Below, piece by piece: positions 38,079-52,333 of a stretch of DNA of 64,000 nucleotides (the stretch's first letter is position 1; each line of letters starts with the position of its first letter). The DNA is taken from assembly GCA_964016885.1 (NCBI GenBank), contig OZ024740.1, positions 263,748,001-263,812,000 on the forward strand, in the 5' to 3' direction. A model generated the notes under the pieces. The model did not search any database. It had not been told where the DNA came from and saw nothing but the letters and a program-made list of their open reading frames with translations. The DNA is from Eledone cirrhosa (taxonomy: Eukaryota). Both the position numbers and the translations under genes were made by a program.

Positions 38079-38700
38079 GTCAGGTCAAGGTATGTCAGGT
38101 CACCAGTTGGTGCTACTGGTAACATGTATCCCAGTACAACCTGTCTCATGGTCGAGTCGTTGGCGACTAAACTGGCAACCCCACCAAGGTTTTTTGGTGA
38201 GGAGGGTGGCTTTGGACATCCTGCAGGACTAAAAACAAAACCTGTCAAAGGGCAAAGGAGCTCTTAAGAGTCAATGGCCATCCAAAATCACCGGGAGAGA
38301 TGACCCCTTAGCCTTTGTCAAGGCAGAATTCTAGGAGAAGGAAAACTCTGATATAACACCTGCAACCCTGATGGTATCCAATGATGTTGACTTGTTCTTC
38401 TTTTTGGTAAATATCATATTGGTTAAGAGAGTGGGACTGGCTTTGTGCAGTGCCTTTCCTCACTATAAAAGCTTCACGGCACAGGCATGGCTTTATATCT
38501 GGAGATCTCTCTGCACTTGTCATCACATAGTACCATGGGCCCTGCACTATGTGTCAATAATTGTCACAAGTGTAGCGTTTGTACCTACCAGAGTTTTCAA
38601 GTCGCTGGCTGGACTAAAAATTCAAACTCGTTCAGCGCATCGGTAGGGGTTCTCCTACATATAAAGTAGTGGCCGTACTCGAAAACGAGTTGGCAGCCAC
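38079..38700 (+). mobile_element. Non-autonomous ~620-bp retroelement D (probably RTE-derived) with (TATG)n tail and long target duplication
   Basis: Identical 94-bp repeats at 37985-38078 and 38771-38864; CTAGGAGAAGGAAAACTCTGA motif (recalled from RTE 5' UTRs); 3' stem-loop GTGGC..ACTCG-aaaa-CGAGT..GCCAC. Confidence 0.8.
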
Positions 38701-39126
38701 CATGTATGTATGCATGTATGTATGTATGTATGTATGTATGTATGTATGTATGTATGTATGTATGTATGTATATCTGTTTCTATATATATGAAATGTGTGT
38801 GTGCTTATGAATAAAAACGAGAAGGAAATCTAAGATGCTGAAAATAGAAAGCGGGAAAAGTCTGCTGTTTATGTATTTGTTTAAAATAGTCACACAAATT
38901 CTACTGCTCTAAATGATCTCAGTCGAGTGAAATCAATTTTTAAAGCAAGATCTTGGCAGATTTCGAATCATACGGCTTTGTGGGTGTATTCATTTTATTC
39001 TGTTAACAGAGCTTAGATATACGATGATGGGGAGAAGGGTAAAGAAGGAGAGATTATGAGTTAGAAAATAAATAAATAAATAAAATAATATATCTGTTAT
39101 TTATACACACACTCACACACACACAC

Positions 39127-39205
<79 letters not shown>

Positions 39206-39796
39206 TATATACATATATACATATATGTATAAATACATATATCCACATATGTATGACTCTGTGTGTGAAAACATACATATATACATATATATGGGCGTGT
39301 GCGTATGTGTGAAAGCATGTATGTATGTCATTTGTGTAATAGGTTCTGTTGATATTACCGAACTAAATTTTGTTTTCTACACAAATCAATGATCTCCTTT
39401 CCGGCCTAAAGGATTCGATACGATGACTAGTTCATACCTTTATAGAGGACATTCGACGACCACAATATTAAAGATTTGCCAATTCAAGGAATGAAGGGGT
39501 GAGTGGGTGGCAATTTCCTCTGAACTCTAGATAAGTTCTTATATATTTATACAACTTGAAGCGCTGACAATACGCGCACTTATAAATACACATGTGTTTG
39601 ATATTGCTCAAACACACTCTAACACGTTTATTTGTATATACAACACATATATATGATTCATGTTTGGGCCGTTCTATTTTGTACTTTATATATATATATA
39701 TATACACACACATACGATTAGATCCTCACACACACACGCACACACATGCATACGCAGACACACACCACATACATACACATACATGCATACACACAC

Positions 39797-39836
<40 letters not shown>

Positions 39837-41575
39837 GCGCTCCCTTAAAATTTTGCTGTTTTCATATCACTACTATATGTATATTTATATAGGTTTTCGA
39901 TTTATTTCCAAAACAGAGAGTTTCCTGTCAAATTAGGCAAATCCGTTCTTTACATTTACAGATTCAGGGTCTCATAATGCTTTTCCTTTTATATTCTCCG
40001 GTCTTGTTTCGACTTGATAAGCCAGTGGTATTCTTTCTTCTTTGGGAAACTGTTCCGGTTGTTGTGTTTGCAGACCTGTGGCAATGATATTCTTTGACAA
40101 TCATTCGGACAATAATTATGATATTACATTCGTTTGTTCACCGTAATCGCCAATGTTGCCGATGTTGTTCGTGCTTATTTTTTTCATCTTATTTTATTTT
40201 TGTTGTTAGTAACTCTAAATGTATTGCTCGATTGATGTGTTTTTATTTTTTAGTAGTTGTTTATTATTTTTTTGATATCATGTTCTGTGTTTCGTTCTTA
40301 AAGGGAATATATGTACCGCTATTAACAAACTTAGTCTATAAAAAGGATCAGAAACATAAAGAAAATATTTTTATCGTGGCATTTAAAGAATTGTGGTCAG
40401 GATATACATTTTAAATTACAAATTACTTTAAACTCTTACCAATCTACAAAAGTTTTTTTCATATTTACAAGAAATATCTTTCTTTGTTTCTATCATTCTT
40501 ATCTTATCCAGAAGAAATATGTTGCATTTGATTCATTTGTTTTCGGATTGAAAACATTTCTTTTTTTGGAAAATAATATAAAACCAATTCCAAAACACAC
40601 AAAGCTGGTAGCCATCTAAAATTTGAGTAAATGCATACCATACCTTTCTCTTTGTTTCACATTCATGGCTTTTTTCTGTGATGTATTTCAATTGACAAAT
40701 ATTTAAAGATAGAGGTTTTATCGTTCTTTCTCTATTTCATTCTGTCCATTTATCCTTTATTTCCCCTTTCTTGTATTGTATCAGGAAACGTTAATAAATT
40801 GACAACATTAAATTCACGATAATTATTTACACCGAGAAAGAATAGGCAACTGATTGAACAAACCTATGAATGATGGTTTACTTACCCTATATTTAAGGAA
40901 AGATACTGCCCATGATATTAAAAAGCTTTTGAAAATATTATAACTACTTTTTTTAACATAGCTTCAAAAATGTTCTAACACAGAATGGAAAATTAATATA
41001 TGAATAGAAAATGAAAAGCGTTATATCATTAAACAAGTCTCTTTAGTATCAAAAGTATGGCACACCAATCATAATTATACAATCATTTTATGGAAAATAA
41101 GGCTACTTTATTCAATATGCCTCTTACAGAGCGTTGTTTAACTGCGATGTGACTGCTATTTCTAGCAAATCATACATTTCATTATTGTTCAATCATTGGC
41201 TCAGGTCGATACTTAGAGAAACAGCCAGGTGTGAAATAATCGGCTGTTAGTACAGTGTCAAGATGAGTGAATCGTTTTTGCAGAAAGGCTACATAAATTT
41301 GAATCTGGTATCTATAAGACGAATCTAATCCTGTCTCTCTCACTGCTTTAGCTCAAAAAAACATTGTTTTTGTTTCTTTCAATTGTCACTTTCCGTTTTC
41401 TTTCTATTTCATCGTTTATTTTACATTCTATCTACTGATGAAGAATTACCTCCGAAAGGTAACACTGTATATATATATAATAGTTTTCACCGTATTTTTT
41501 ACTAAAGGAATTTTAGCCTGATAATGGGGTTTAGAACCCTCAGATGAATGGAACATATAGAATGGAACATATATA

Positions 41576-41878
<303 letters not shown>

Positions 41879-42308
41879 TTTAGGTTATCAATAATGTAAT
41901 ATTAATACTACTGCACCAAATGACCAGCCCTGTCCACTGTCCAGTTGGTCAAGTAGAGATTAAAATTGGCACTCCCAAAATTCTTATTTAGATTTACTCA
42001 TGGTATTCTCATTAAAAACCCATTATATACTTGTTTAGCAGTAAATTATTTTACCATCTGTCATATTCTATCCCCTCTGTTCCTTCCTCTTTTACTAATA
42101 TAAATACTTCAATTTTTCTGATTTTATCCAGTTTATCCAAAATCTCTGAAGAAGTGACAACTGATTATACATTTGCTATCGAATACTTGCTAACATTATA
42201 TGATTACGCAAGCAGCGATACATAGGTATTCGGTCTGTTACAGAAACATATGTCAATACCTAATAAATTCCTTTTTTAACAAAAGCACTTTCATTTTATA
42301 TTCATCCT

Positions 42309-42356
<48 letters not shown>

Positions 42357-42756
42357 TATATTAACAAATGGAAACTATATTTATAAAACCATATTTATTT
42401 TATTATACATATTTCAAGGGCCACAAAGGCAGATTATGGTGCGCTTTCATCAGATAAAATATAATACAGATTAGTTTTATAAATAAATATTGATAGACCC
42501 TGAAAGAATGCGACCTTAACGGTTGGAGCTTCCTGGATAGTTTGTTGGGTGCTTTATATCAGTTATAAAAATATTTTAGTTTGTTGTATCCCAACAAATT
42601 AAATATAACCTCTACATATATATATATGTATATTTTCATTTTAAAACTCATATGTATCTTCATTGTAATGTATTTTATGGTTTATTGTTTACTGTTTACT
42701 TTCCGCATATATATATGTACATATATAGTATATATATACATACATACATACATACA

Positions 42757-42968
<212 letters not shown>

Positions 42969-42980
42969 CATATATATATA

Positions 42981-43087
42981 TTTATTAAAATAACAGATTA
43001 AAGTTTAAGCAAAGAATCGCTGCTTTCACCCTTCTGAAACTAAAAAATTCAATTTCTTAAACTTTAATCTGTTATTTTAATAAATAT
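42981..43087. repeat. Inverted repeat (~30-bp arms, 45-nt spacer) of a PLE terminal sequence (family G)
   Basis: ATTAAAATAACAGATTAAAGTTTAAG and its reverse complement; the same sequence occurs at 23510-23560 and 45178-45250. Confidence 0.85.
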
Positions 43088-43177
43088 TTGCTCTACGGTT
43101 CTTATATATCTGATATATATTTATCCTTATCTAGCCCTCTTTGGATTTTAGTCTTCACATTTATTATTATTACTATT

Positions 43178-43372
43178 GGTGGATTGGCAGTATCGGTAGA
43201 GGGTCGGACGCCATGCTTTCCAGCATAGTTACGTCCCTTTACGATCTGAGTTCAAATCCCGCCGAGGTTGACTTTGCCTTTCATCCTTACGGGGTCGATA
43301 AAATAAAGTACCAGTAATGCACTGGATAATTGCTGGCCTTGTGCCTAAAGTAGAAACAATTATTATTACTAT
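43178..43372 (+). mobile_element. tRNA-derived SINE (same family as 31985)
   Basis: Near-identical to 31985-32162 and 62225-62415. Confidence 0.85.
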
Positions 43373-43435
<63 letters not shown>

Positions 43436-43471
43436 ATATATATATATAAACATACATACATATATGTATAT

Positions 43472-43953
43472 ATCTCATCTAAGGCAGGTAAAATTCCCGA
43501 GATCCATGGACGAGTTCTCTCCAGCGGTCTCTGTCCCTCATTATCGCTGCCATGTCCTGCGTCTCCAACAGACTGGTGTCTGTCATTAGGGCATCAACAT
43601 ACGTTAACCTTGGTCTTCCTCTTCTAGTGTGTCCATGTTTTGGTGACAAATACAGTGAAGGAGGCAGAGGATTTGATGCTGGAGGTTGAGACTGTGTCGA
43701 TGAGTGTGGGGCTGAGAATGAATGAGACTAAAACAAAATATCTGGTAGAGAATGTTGAGAAGCCAGAGGGGATCACTAATGTAGGCGAGAAGCCGCTAGA
43801 ATTGGTTGAGGGCTTCCTGTATTTGGGAGCAAAGATTGGGAATACGGAATATGATATGGTTGAGAGGAAGAGCAAGGCCTGGGCGGCGTGCCACAGCTTG
43901 AGATCGGTGTGGAAGTCGGACCTTCGTAGAGACCTAAAAGTCCGCCTCTTCAT
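43472..43953. mobile_element. RTE-clade LINE fragment with 5' inversion
   Basis: Minus 43626-43480 encodes RRGRPRLTYVDAL..MRDRDRWREL (RTE C-terminus); plus 43640-43953 encodes GLRMNETKTKY..FLYLG..DLKVRLF. Confidence 0.85.
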
Positions 43954-44315
43954 ATGTATATATACATGTATATATACATATATATCAAACTACTGATGAT
44001 GGACAGTCCCGTTTCTCGGTCTATTTTCCATTTATATGTATCACACTCGCAACAACGCTGCACACCATTTTTTCGTTCACATATATTTGTTCCCCTTGCT
44101 GTGGTTCGTATTTTGTCTATCACCTTACTGCTATCCTCTTTCTCTCTCCCCCTTCTCTCTGCTTGTACCTCTTGCTTTCTTTCACCCCCTCTGCTGGTCA
44201 TTTGGCCTCATGTTGCGAGATTGGGAACAATTGTGCATATTAATTTCATGGAAGTGAATATATATATATTTTATATATATATTTATATATATATAAAATA
44301 TATATATATTCACTT

Positions 44316-44593
44316 CCATATAAAAAATCAATTAGACCAAGCTATAAGAAGAAAGGCTTTTATGAAGAAATCTCCGACAAATAACCGACAGTGGCCTCTT
44401 CGCGGTGGCCCCAATAGAGTACTTATCCAACATTTCGACAGCATGTAGAAACTGACTAAATGTTTAGTCAGTTTCTACATGCTGTCGAAATGTATTGGGG
44501 CCACCGCGAAGAGGCCACTGTCGGTTATTTGTCGGAGATTTCTTCATAAAAGCCTTTCTTCTTATAGCTTGGTCTAATTGATTTTTTATATGG
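44316..44593. repeat. Fold-back palindrome (~131-bp arms, 2-nt loop, 14-nt indel in the left arm)
   Basis: Apex 44461-44462; extra GAGTACTTATCCAA at 44417-44430. Confidence 0.95.
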
Positions 44594-44786
44594 TTAATTA
44601 TGCTAATTGGAAGAGGAATTAGTATATATTTTATCTAATAATTCTAAGGACATGGTTTATGATATATTGCTCTGATTATTTAATTTATTAATTCTTCATA
44701 GAGCTTAAAAGTGACCGGTTGCAACATATATATCTATAACTGTATGTATATGTAAACCTTTATATTTATATATATATATATATATA

Positions 44787-45147
44787 TTAGAAAGTGAGGG
44801 TTTTTTTACAAATTGAAAAATAACCGAGGTGTCCTAAACGAGTGAAAGTATAAAGAAAAAGAGATGAAATCGAAAATGCAACTGGAGTCTTATTTTTTTT
44901 TAAATATATATATTTATTTGGTTCCTTTACCGGTTTCGCAGTTCTTCTGCTTTTCAAAAGTAGAGTTGAGATGGAGGGTCTGTGGTTTTTCTCACAAGTT
45001 CAGATGTGAGAAAAACCACAGACCCTCCATCTCAACTCTACTTTTGAAAAGCAGAAGAACTACGAAACCGGTAAAGGAACCAAATAAATCTATATATTTA
45101 AAAAAAAAACTAAGACTCCAGTTGCATTTTCGATTTCATCTCTTTTT

Positions 45148-45154
<7 letters not shown>
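44787..45154. mobile_element. Family F element with fold-back palindrome (~150-bp arms, 8-nt loop)
   Basis: Arms 44849-44996 and 45005-45154; TA tracts on both sides. Confidence 0.9.
44923..44964 (-). ncRNA. Type I hammerhead ribozyme, U3-A8 core variant
   Basis: CTT TTGAAAA GCAG-aagaa-CTGC GAAA CCGG TA AAG; the mirror copy at 45037-45078 (+) has one stem II mismatch. Confidence 0.7.
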
Positions 45155-45177
<23 letters not shown>

Positions 45178-45184
<7 letters not shown>

Positions 45185-45502
45185 TAACAGATTAAAGTTT
45201 AAGCAAAGAATAGCTGCTTTCACCCTTAACGGGATCTTCTGAAACTAAAAATGTCAATCCGTGAACGTAGAGGTAAATATTTCAAAAAACGTTGCAACCG
45301 AGGAAGAGAGGAAGACGGTACTTTGGTTGGCGGAAACGTTCCCTGGCAAAAAACGGAAAAAACGAAGATAATACGTCATTATTTGAACCCTTGAAAACAA
45401 TTACACGCAAAGACAAAACCACGTTTATGGTATAAATGAAGTCGTAGACTAATATTCTATTAGGTGGTTCAAGGAGACGTTCTAACTGAAGTCGTAGGCT
45501 AA

Positions 45503-45590
<88 letters not shown>

Positions 45591-46500
45591 TGTATACATA
45601 TAATTAAATAAACGTATATAACGTACGCACACATATACCTACATGTAAATACACATATGTCCGCAGGCGTACGTCGACCAAAACACAAAGTACAGATATA
45701 CACACACCCTACATACGAACGAACCCACGTACTCCCACAGACGCAAAACACGCATACACACATAACCAACCGAACATGTACCAGAATATATAATATATAC
45801 GCCATAACATATACAGACAAATATACGTACGAGAAAGTATACGTACCTTCACAAAACATACAGGTAATATATACTTACCTATACAAATAAGTAATGGTAT
45901 AAACATAACATATACTTAGCTACCACATCAAGACGTAAAATATCCGCGTATAGTTCATACTATCCGTTAGGGTATAATGTAGGGCTGTAATACAGGACAT
46001 CTTTGTGCTATTTATGTTTACAAGCCGAAATTGCCTCAGATTTTTTGTTTAAGATGTGGTCTGTAGCGTAGAGTATTTCCAGGGCCTCAGCGGCGCAGAG
46101 GTAACATGGTCTTTTATTTCCGTTATACGATCTACCCTCTAGCCAGGATCTCCCAGTGTAACTTATATTCGGTGTGGTTGTCTTTTAGGCTCCAGATATA
46201 AGCTGAAAGTGACGTCATATTTCTTTTTAAAGGGTTAAGAAAAGAATGGGCATGCATGTAAAGGCGCTGCTTGAATCTATTGGCGGTTAACCCTATGTAG
46301 GCCCTACAGGACGTGGGTGTTTCAACTTTACACTTGTAGACAATGTTACTAGAGAGGCATTTCCCGGATAGGAGGCAGTACACCCAAATCCTGCAATTAC
46401 AGTTAGTACTAGCTACAGGGTGCACGTGTACTTACGGCTAGGTAGTTTACCTAAATTTGAAGCTGTGATGTTATGTGCTTTTGATAAGCTTCTGATGGTA
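45178..46500 (-). mobile_element. 3' fragment of a Penelope-like element (GIY-YIG endonuclease + 3' region)
   Basis: CNC..C..GKCLSSNIVYKCKV..AYIGLTANRFKQR (46132-46425); inclusion of the 3' non-coding part is inferred. Confidence 0.8.
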
Positions 46501-46754
46501 ACGTCACGAATTCAATTCGCGGTGGCACATTGTGTCCTTGAGAAAAATATTTTGTTTTGCGTTGCTCCAGTCCACACAGCTTAAACAAATAAATTGTACC
46601 AGTAAGTCAAAGGGTTATTATTATTACTAGCAGAAAATTTGCCCTCCGGGGCGGTTTTCTGCTAGCCTATTTAGTGTGCGTATTATTTTTATACACAAAT
46701 ATATATATGCTTATAGATATGATATGTAAATTGAAAAGTAATTTAACAATATCT

Positions 46755-47390
46755 TCTTCTTCGCCCACTTATTTCTGAGAAGGTCATGGGGGAAGAGTCT
46801 TCCTCAAACACGCTTTCCAGTTAGTCTGTCAGCAACAAACATCTCTAACTGATCCAGCTGGATCCCAAAGCGTGACTAGCCAAGCTCATAGATGTTATCC
46901 AACTATCTTGCTCAAGGTCTACCTCTTGGTCTCTTGCTGGCTGGTTTTTCCTGTAAAATGTGTCCAGCGATTCTTTACTGAGACATTATAAGCACATGCT
47001 CAAACTATCAGAGTTGTGATCTCTCAATCCGGAGAAGTAGCGACTCTACCAGGAGTGACTCTCTGATATATGAGCTATGCACTTTATCGAGTAACGTTAC
47101 TCGAAAGACCCTTCTGAGGAACCCCATTTCTGCCGTTTGGATTTGCAATTGTATTATTTCGGTCATTACCCAAGATTCATGACCCTCAATAAGGGTTGAC
47201 AGAAATACCAGCAAGACAGCGAGTTTGGCTTTTACACTTACCTCCCTTCTTCTGATTACTGAATGCTGAAGCTGGCGCATTACTGCACCAGCTTCTGCAA
47301 TACTTTCACTTAATTCAGCCTCCTACCTTCCATCAGTCATGATACTTGAACTTTTCCTGCTGCTTCAGTAGAACTCCATTCACATGTATA
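46755..47390 (-). mobile_element. Degenerate RTE-clade LINE 3' fragment
   Basis: GHESWVMT..AEMGFLRR..IERSQL (47008-47280); GRPR-like segment downstream. Confidence 0.8.
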
Positions 47391-47639
47391 TAAATTTGAG
47401 CGACTTCTGTCCATCCGTCCGTCACAAAAAGTGTGTGTGTGTTTGTGTGACTGTATGTGTGTGTAAAAGGAAGGAAGGGGATACACACATATATGTCTCT
47501 AACTTAAAACGGTAACACATACACACATATATATATATGACACACACATATATATGACACACATATATATATATAACACACACCTCTAATTTAAAAATTC
47601 GACAAACTCACGTGTGCGCACATACACACACTATTCTGT

Positions 47640-48243
47640 TACCACTTAAGAGCTTTGGCCCGGGCAAACATCCCCTCAATTTTGAAACCGTCTGGGTTGT
47701 CCAGAATTGATTTAAAAAGACCTGACGGTCTTACCCTGTGCTCCTGGTCAAGAGGTAAATGCCTTATCTGGGACATCACTGTTGCTTCTTCCAACATCCC
47801 AGATGCAGCAGTAAGGGCGAGAGCCATAACATCCGCAGCTGAACAGAACAAAATCCTAAAATACCGTGTTCTGTTGGCTAACTACATTTTCCAGCCTGTG
47901 GCGTTCGAGACGTTTGGGGAATTCTGGCTACTGACTGCAAGATTCTTATCTCCACTGGCCGCTCGCCTAACAGAGGTAATTGGTGAAGCTCGTGAAGGCG
48001 CTTGGTTGTTCCAGTACCTCAGCCTCGCCTTCACCCAAGGTAATACTGCGAGTGCACTGGCTTGCTTCGAACATTATTTCAGAGACTTCCCAGTGCTCCA
48101 CGCAATATTGTTATCTTTTGCTCTGGTAGTAGCACGTTTGTCCACCCATTTCCCCTGCATTTTGTTGTATGTGGTCCTAGATGAGTGTATTATCTACTTG
48201 TGTGTTGTATGTGGTCCTAGATGTGTGTATTACCTACTTGTAA
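47640..48243 (+). mobile_element. CRE-clade RLE LINE 3' fragment
   Basis: RPDGLTL.SW..G..LIWDITV..AE..K..KY..F.PVAFETFG..QGN; 3' UTR contains a 40-bp tandem duplication. Confidence 0.8.
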
Positions 48244-48372
48244 TGTATGTATATGCACATACGCACACACACGCACACATATACTCATACGCACACACAT
48301 ACACGTCAGCACTTTGAAAAACATCCTAATCTCTTCATTTCTCTCTCTCTCTCTCTCTCTCTCCCACTCTAT

Positions 48373-48415
<43 letters not shown>

Positions 48416-49228
48416 AGAGGTGTAACACACGAGTTGTGATATATTAGTAAAAGGAAAAGAAAATGCTGACAAATTTTTCCCAGTGAAAAATAATTTAATT
48501 AGGAATAGGTATAAATTAGTAATAAGTATTGGTTAGTATTCAGTTTTATTTATATCAACATACGCACACACACACACAAGCGAGACAGCAACACACGCAC
48601 ACACACACAGTAGCATTCCACCATACAAACATACTACACTGCCAATACAGAGGAACAAGGCAACACCACACACACACACACACACTCAAGCGAGACAACA
48701 ACACACGCATACACACACACACAGTAACATTCACCAAACAGGCAGAGAATGGACTGACATCTAGCGCCACCCCACTCCCACAATTGAAAGAACTACTTCG
48801 GCAGCTGACCTCTGCCTGACCGACACCATTTCACGCGCACGCGCGCTCTGCTGAATACCTTAGATATTCAAAACAACGAACAGCGGAGGACACGTTTCGC
48901 ACTTTCGACAGACAACCTTTCCCCACCGCCGGAAAAAAAACTCCACTTGATGGATGTGAATCCGAAATATATAGGGACAATTAAATCTCTCCCAAGGTAA
49001 CTCTTTCTCGTGTTGTTATTTTTATTTTTATCTTTTACGCTCTTTCCTTCATTGCTCTACACGCTACAGTCTTAAACACGCCACACATCTCAACGTACAC
49101 CCGCTTACATCTCTATTTACCACCGGATCTTGTTACCCGGAGATTTACCCATTTGCATTGTCGAGGCCTCCAAACGGCTTAAAGAAATTTAACTTATTAT
49201 TCCACAATGCTTCAAGCAAACTTCAATA

Positions 49229-49269
<41 letters not shown>

Positions 49270-49272
<3 letters not shown>

Positions 49273-49289
49273 GAGAGAGAGAGAGAGAG

Positions 49290-49364
<75 letters not shown>

Positions 49365-50083
49365 AAGAGAGAGTGTGTGAAGAGAGAGATACAACGTGAC
49401 TATGTGACAGATATATATATAAATATATATAACTAGATAGGGAAATAGAACTTCTGCTGGTTGTGAACTAAGTTAATTTTCAAAACAACGCTATATATAT
49501 ATATATATATTAGTAAAAGGAAAAGAAAATGCTGACAAATTTTTCCCAGTGAAAAATAATTAAATTAGGAATAAGTATAAATTAGTTATTAGTATTGGTT
49601 AGTATTCAGTTTTTGTTTTAAGTTTTTACCGGTTGCGCAATTCTAATGCTTTTCAAAAATAATTTTGAGATTGAGCGCCCGTGATGTTTGCTCTAATCAG
49701 ATCAGTTTTGGAAATTCTTCCTGTTTTATGTGAAAGAAGTGGCTCCAGCGGTGTTAAGATTTGGTTGGTTGTTGAATGTCGCGTGAATGAGTACTATAAA
49801 TTTAGTGACAATTTGTGTTGCAAAAATTCTTGTAGTCAAAACAATTTTGATTGGTCGGTAGAGGTTACGTGAATGTTAAAAATTGATTTTACGCCACATG
49901 TAGGTTTGTCGAAGAGTGTCCTTTTTCGCCTGATTGAGAAGTCACTGAAAATTAAGTTTATTAAGACAAATATGTGTGTGTGTGTAGTAAAGAGGTTCAT
50001 TGTTGTGATAATTGTCAGTAGTGATGTGCGTGTGAATTGCAGTCATGTTGAAAGGTCAACAGTTCAGGTGTCTATTGAGACAA

Positions 50084-50141
<58 letters not shown>

Positions 50142-51857
50142 CAGACTGGTTCGTGGTAGAGGTAATATATTCGGTCAGTAGGAATGTGTGTACGTGACGT
50201 GTGTGGGGGATATTTTAACATGTTGAAAGTTATTTTTCAGCTCTTGTCTTATACGGAGAAGTGTGTGTGTGTGTGTGTGTATATGTCTGTTTGTATGTTA
50301 GTATACGCATGTGTATGTGTGTGTGTATATGTGTGTGTGTGTGTGGATGGACCAGTATTTTTGCAATACTGGTAAAAATGGTGTACATTATTCGATATTT
50401 TCTGTAATTTGCAAAAACGATTCTCTCAAAAGAACATAAAAAAACATTAATAATAAAAGGAGAGAAATGATATATAGTATTGTCATAACACCAAGGTGTG
50501 TGTGAGTGTCCAGATTGTACGTACTGCAAGGGGAATGTATTAGGCCTTGCCGTATGGGAAAACTTGTGTACAAATATATATGTGCCTATCAGTGTGCAAT
50601 GCATGTTTGCGTATATCTATGTTTGTGTGTCGGCACGTTTATATCTATAAACATCAAAAGGTATGCAAATTTGTGTATATTTGTGTTGCCCCATAGAACA
50701 TGTGTATTTACGTATGTCATTGTGTTTATATGTGGATAGAAATGTATGTAGGATGTATGCTGATGTAGGTATGTATGTTGACGTGTGTATGTTGTGGGTT
50801 CGTCTTAGGGAGCAGTGTTTAAACGGGCTCCGTATTTGTTAATAAAGTGAGATTCCTTGCTGATGCGCTGGGTGTGTGTGGCATTATATTTAAATTTGGA
50901 GTGGGGAAAGATTCTAAAGTTGGAATGATTTTGGGCGGCACAGGTATCAATGTGTTCACTCAGTGGTATTTTTCTGTATTCCCGTATTTTAATTTGGGAT
51001 CTATGGACAGTCATGCGTTGGCGGAGGCTGTTTTTAGTCTGGCCTATGTATTGTTCTCGACAACCTAAGCAAGTTAATAGATATATTACATTTTCTGATA
51101 CGCATGTGAAATTGGGTTTTACTATAAAACGTTGACCTTCTTTGAAATAGAATTCCGAACCCTCTATTAGGTTGATGTAAATGCCACAGTTGGGCCTATT
51201 GCATTTTTTTACTGTGGCTTTCGTTGTTGTGGTTGGCAGTACTTTGGCATGTGATAGGATGTTTTCATTGACTTAGATTGTCTTTTGCTCTTTATGATAT
51301 CGTGTGTTCGAAGGATTTGGTTCATTCTATGGTCCTTTTTTTAACACAAGGATGTACTAGAGGATGGTGTCAAATGCCTCAATGTTGAGATGGTTGTATG
51401 TGGAGATGTATGGAAGAGATTTCAGTTTCGGTTGATTTACTTTACGGTGTCTAAGGTCCTGGGTACTGAGTTTTAGGGCACGTTGGATTCCATTGTCAAT
51501 TAGTGATACCGGGTAGACCCTGCCTATGAGTGTGTCCTTTAGTTCTTGTAGCCGTAAGTAACAGATATTTTTATTGGAGACTATAGTACATATTCTCTTG
51601 GCTAAGTTGTCGGGAATATTAATTTTAACGTGTCTAGGTGGCAAGAGTTGAAAGGAAGATATTGCTTGGAGTCTGTGGGCTTGTAGTATATGTCTGTTTT
51701 TATTTTTTTGTTATGGATCTTAATGAGGATGTCGAGGAAGGAGAGTTGTTGATGGCTGTATTCCATCGTAAAGTTAATATTTGTGTTGAGCCCATTTATA
51801 AGGATATGAAATTCTTTAAGTTTCTCGATGTTTTCGTGCCAAAGGATGAAGCAGTCA

Positions 51858-51905
<48 letters not shown>

Positions 51906-52069
51906 ACGCGTACACTAACATAGAAACAGACATAAACAAACACACACACACTTCTCCGTATAAGACAAGAGCTGAAATATATCTTTCAATATGTTAAAAT
52001 ATCACCCATACACGTACACACACATTCCTACTGACCGAATTTATTTCCTCTACTCCGAACCAGTCTGCT

Positions 52070-52104
<35 letters not shown>

Positions 52105-52291
52105 TACACACATACACACACGCACATACACACACACACACACACAGACACACACACCCACACACACACATATGTGTCTCAATAGACACCTGAACTGTTT
52201 ACCTTTCAACATGACTGCAATTCACACACACATCACTACTGACAATTATCACAACAATGAATCTCTTTACTACACAGACACACACACACAC

Positions 52292-52333
<42 letters not shown>

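Noticed and set aside
38079-38180. HDV-like or twister ribozyme at the 5' end of element D
   Set aside because: Partial helices exist, but P3/L3 spacing and the twister consensus do not fit.
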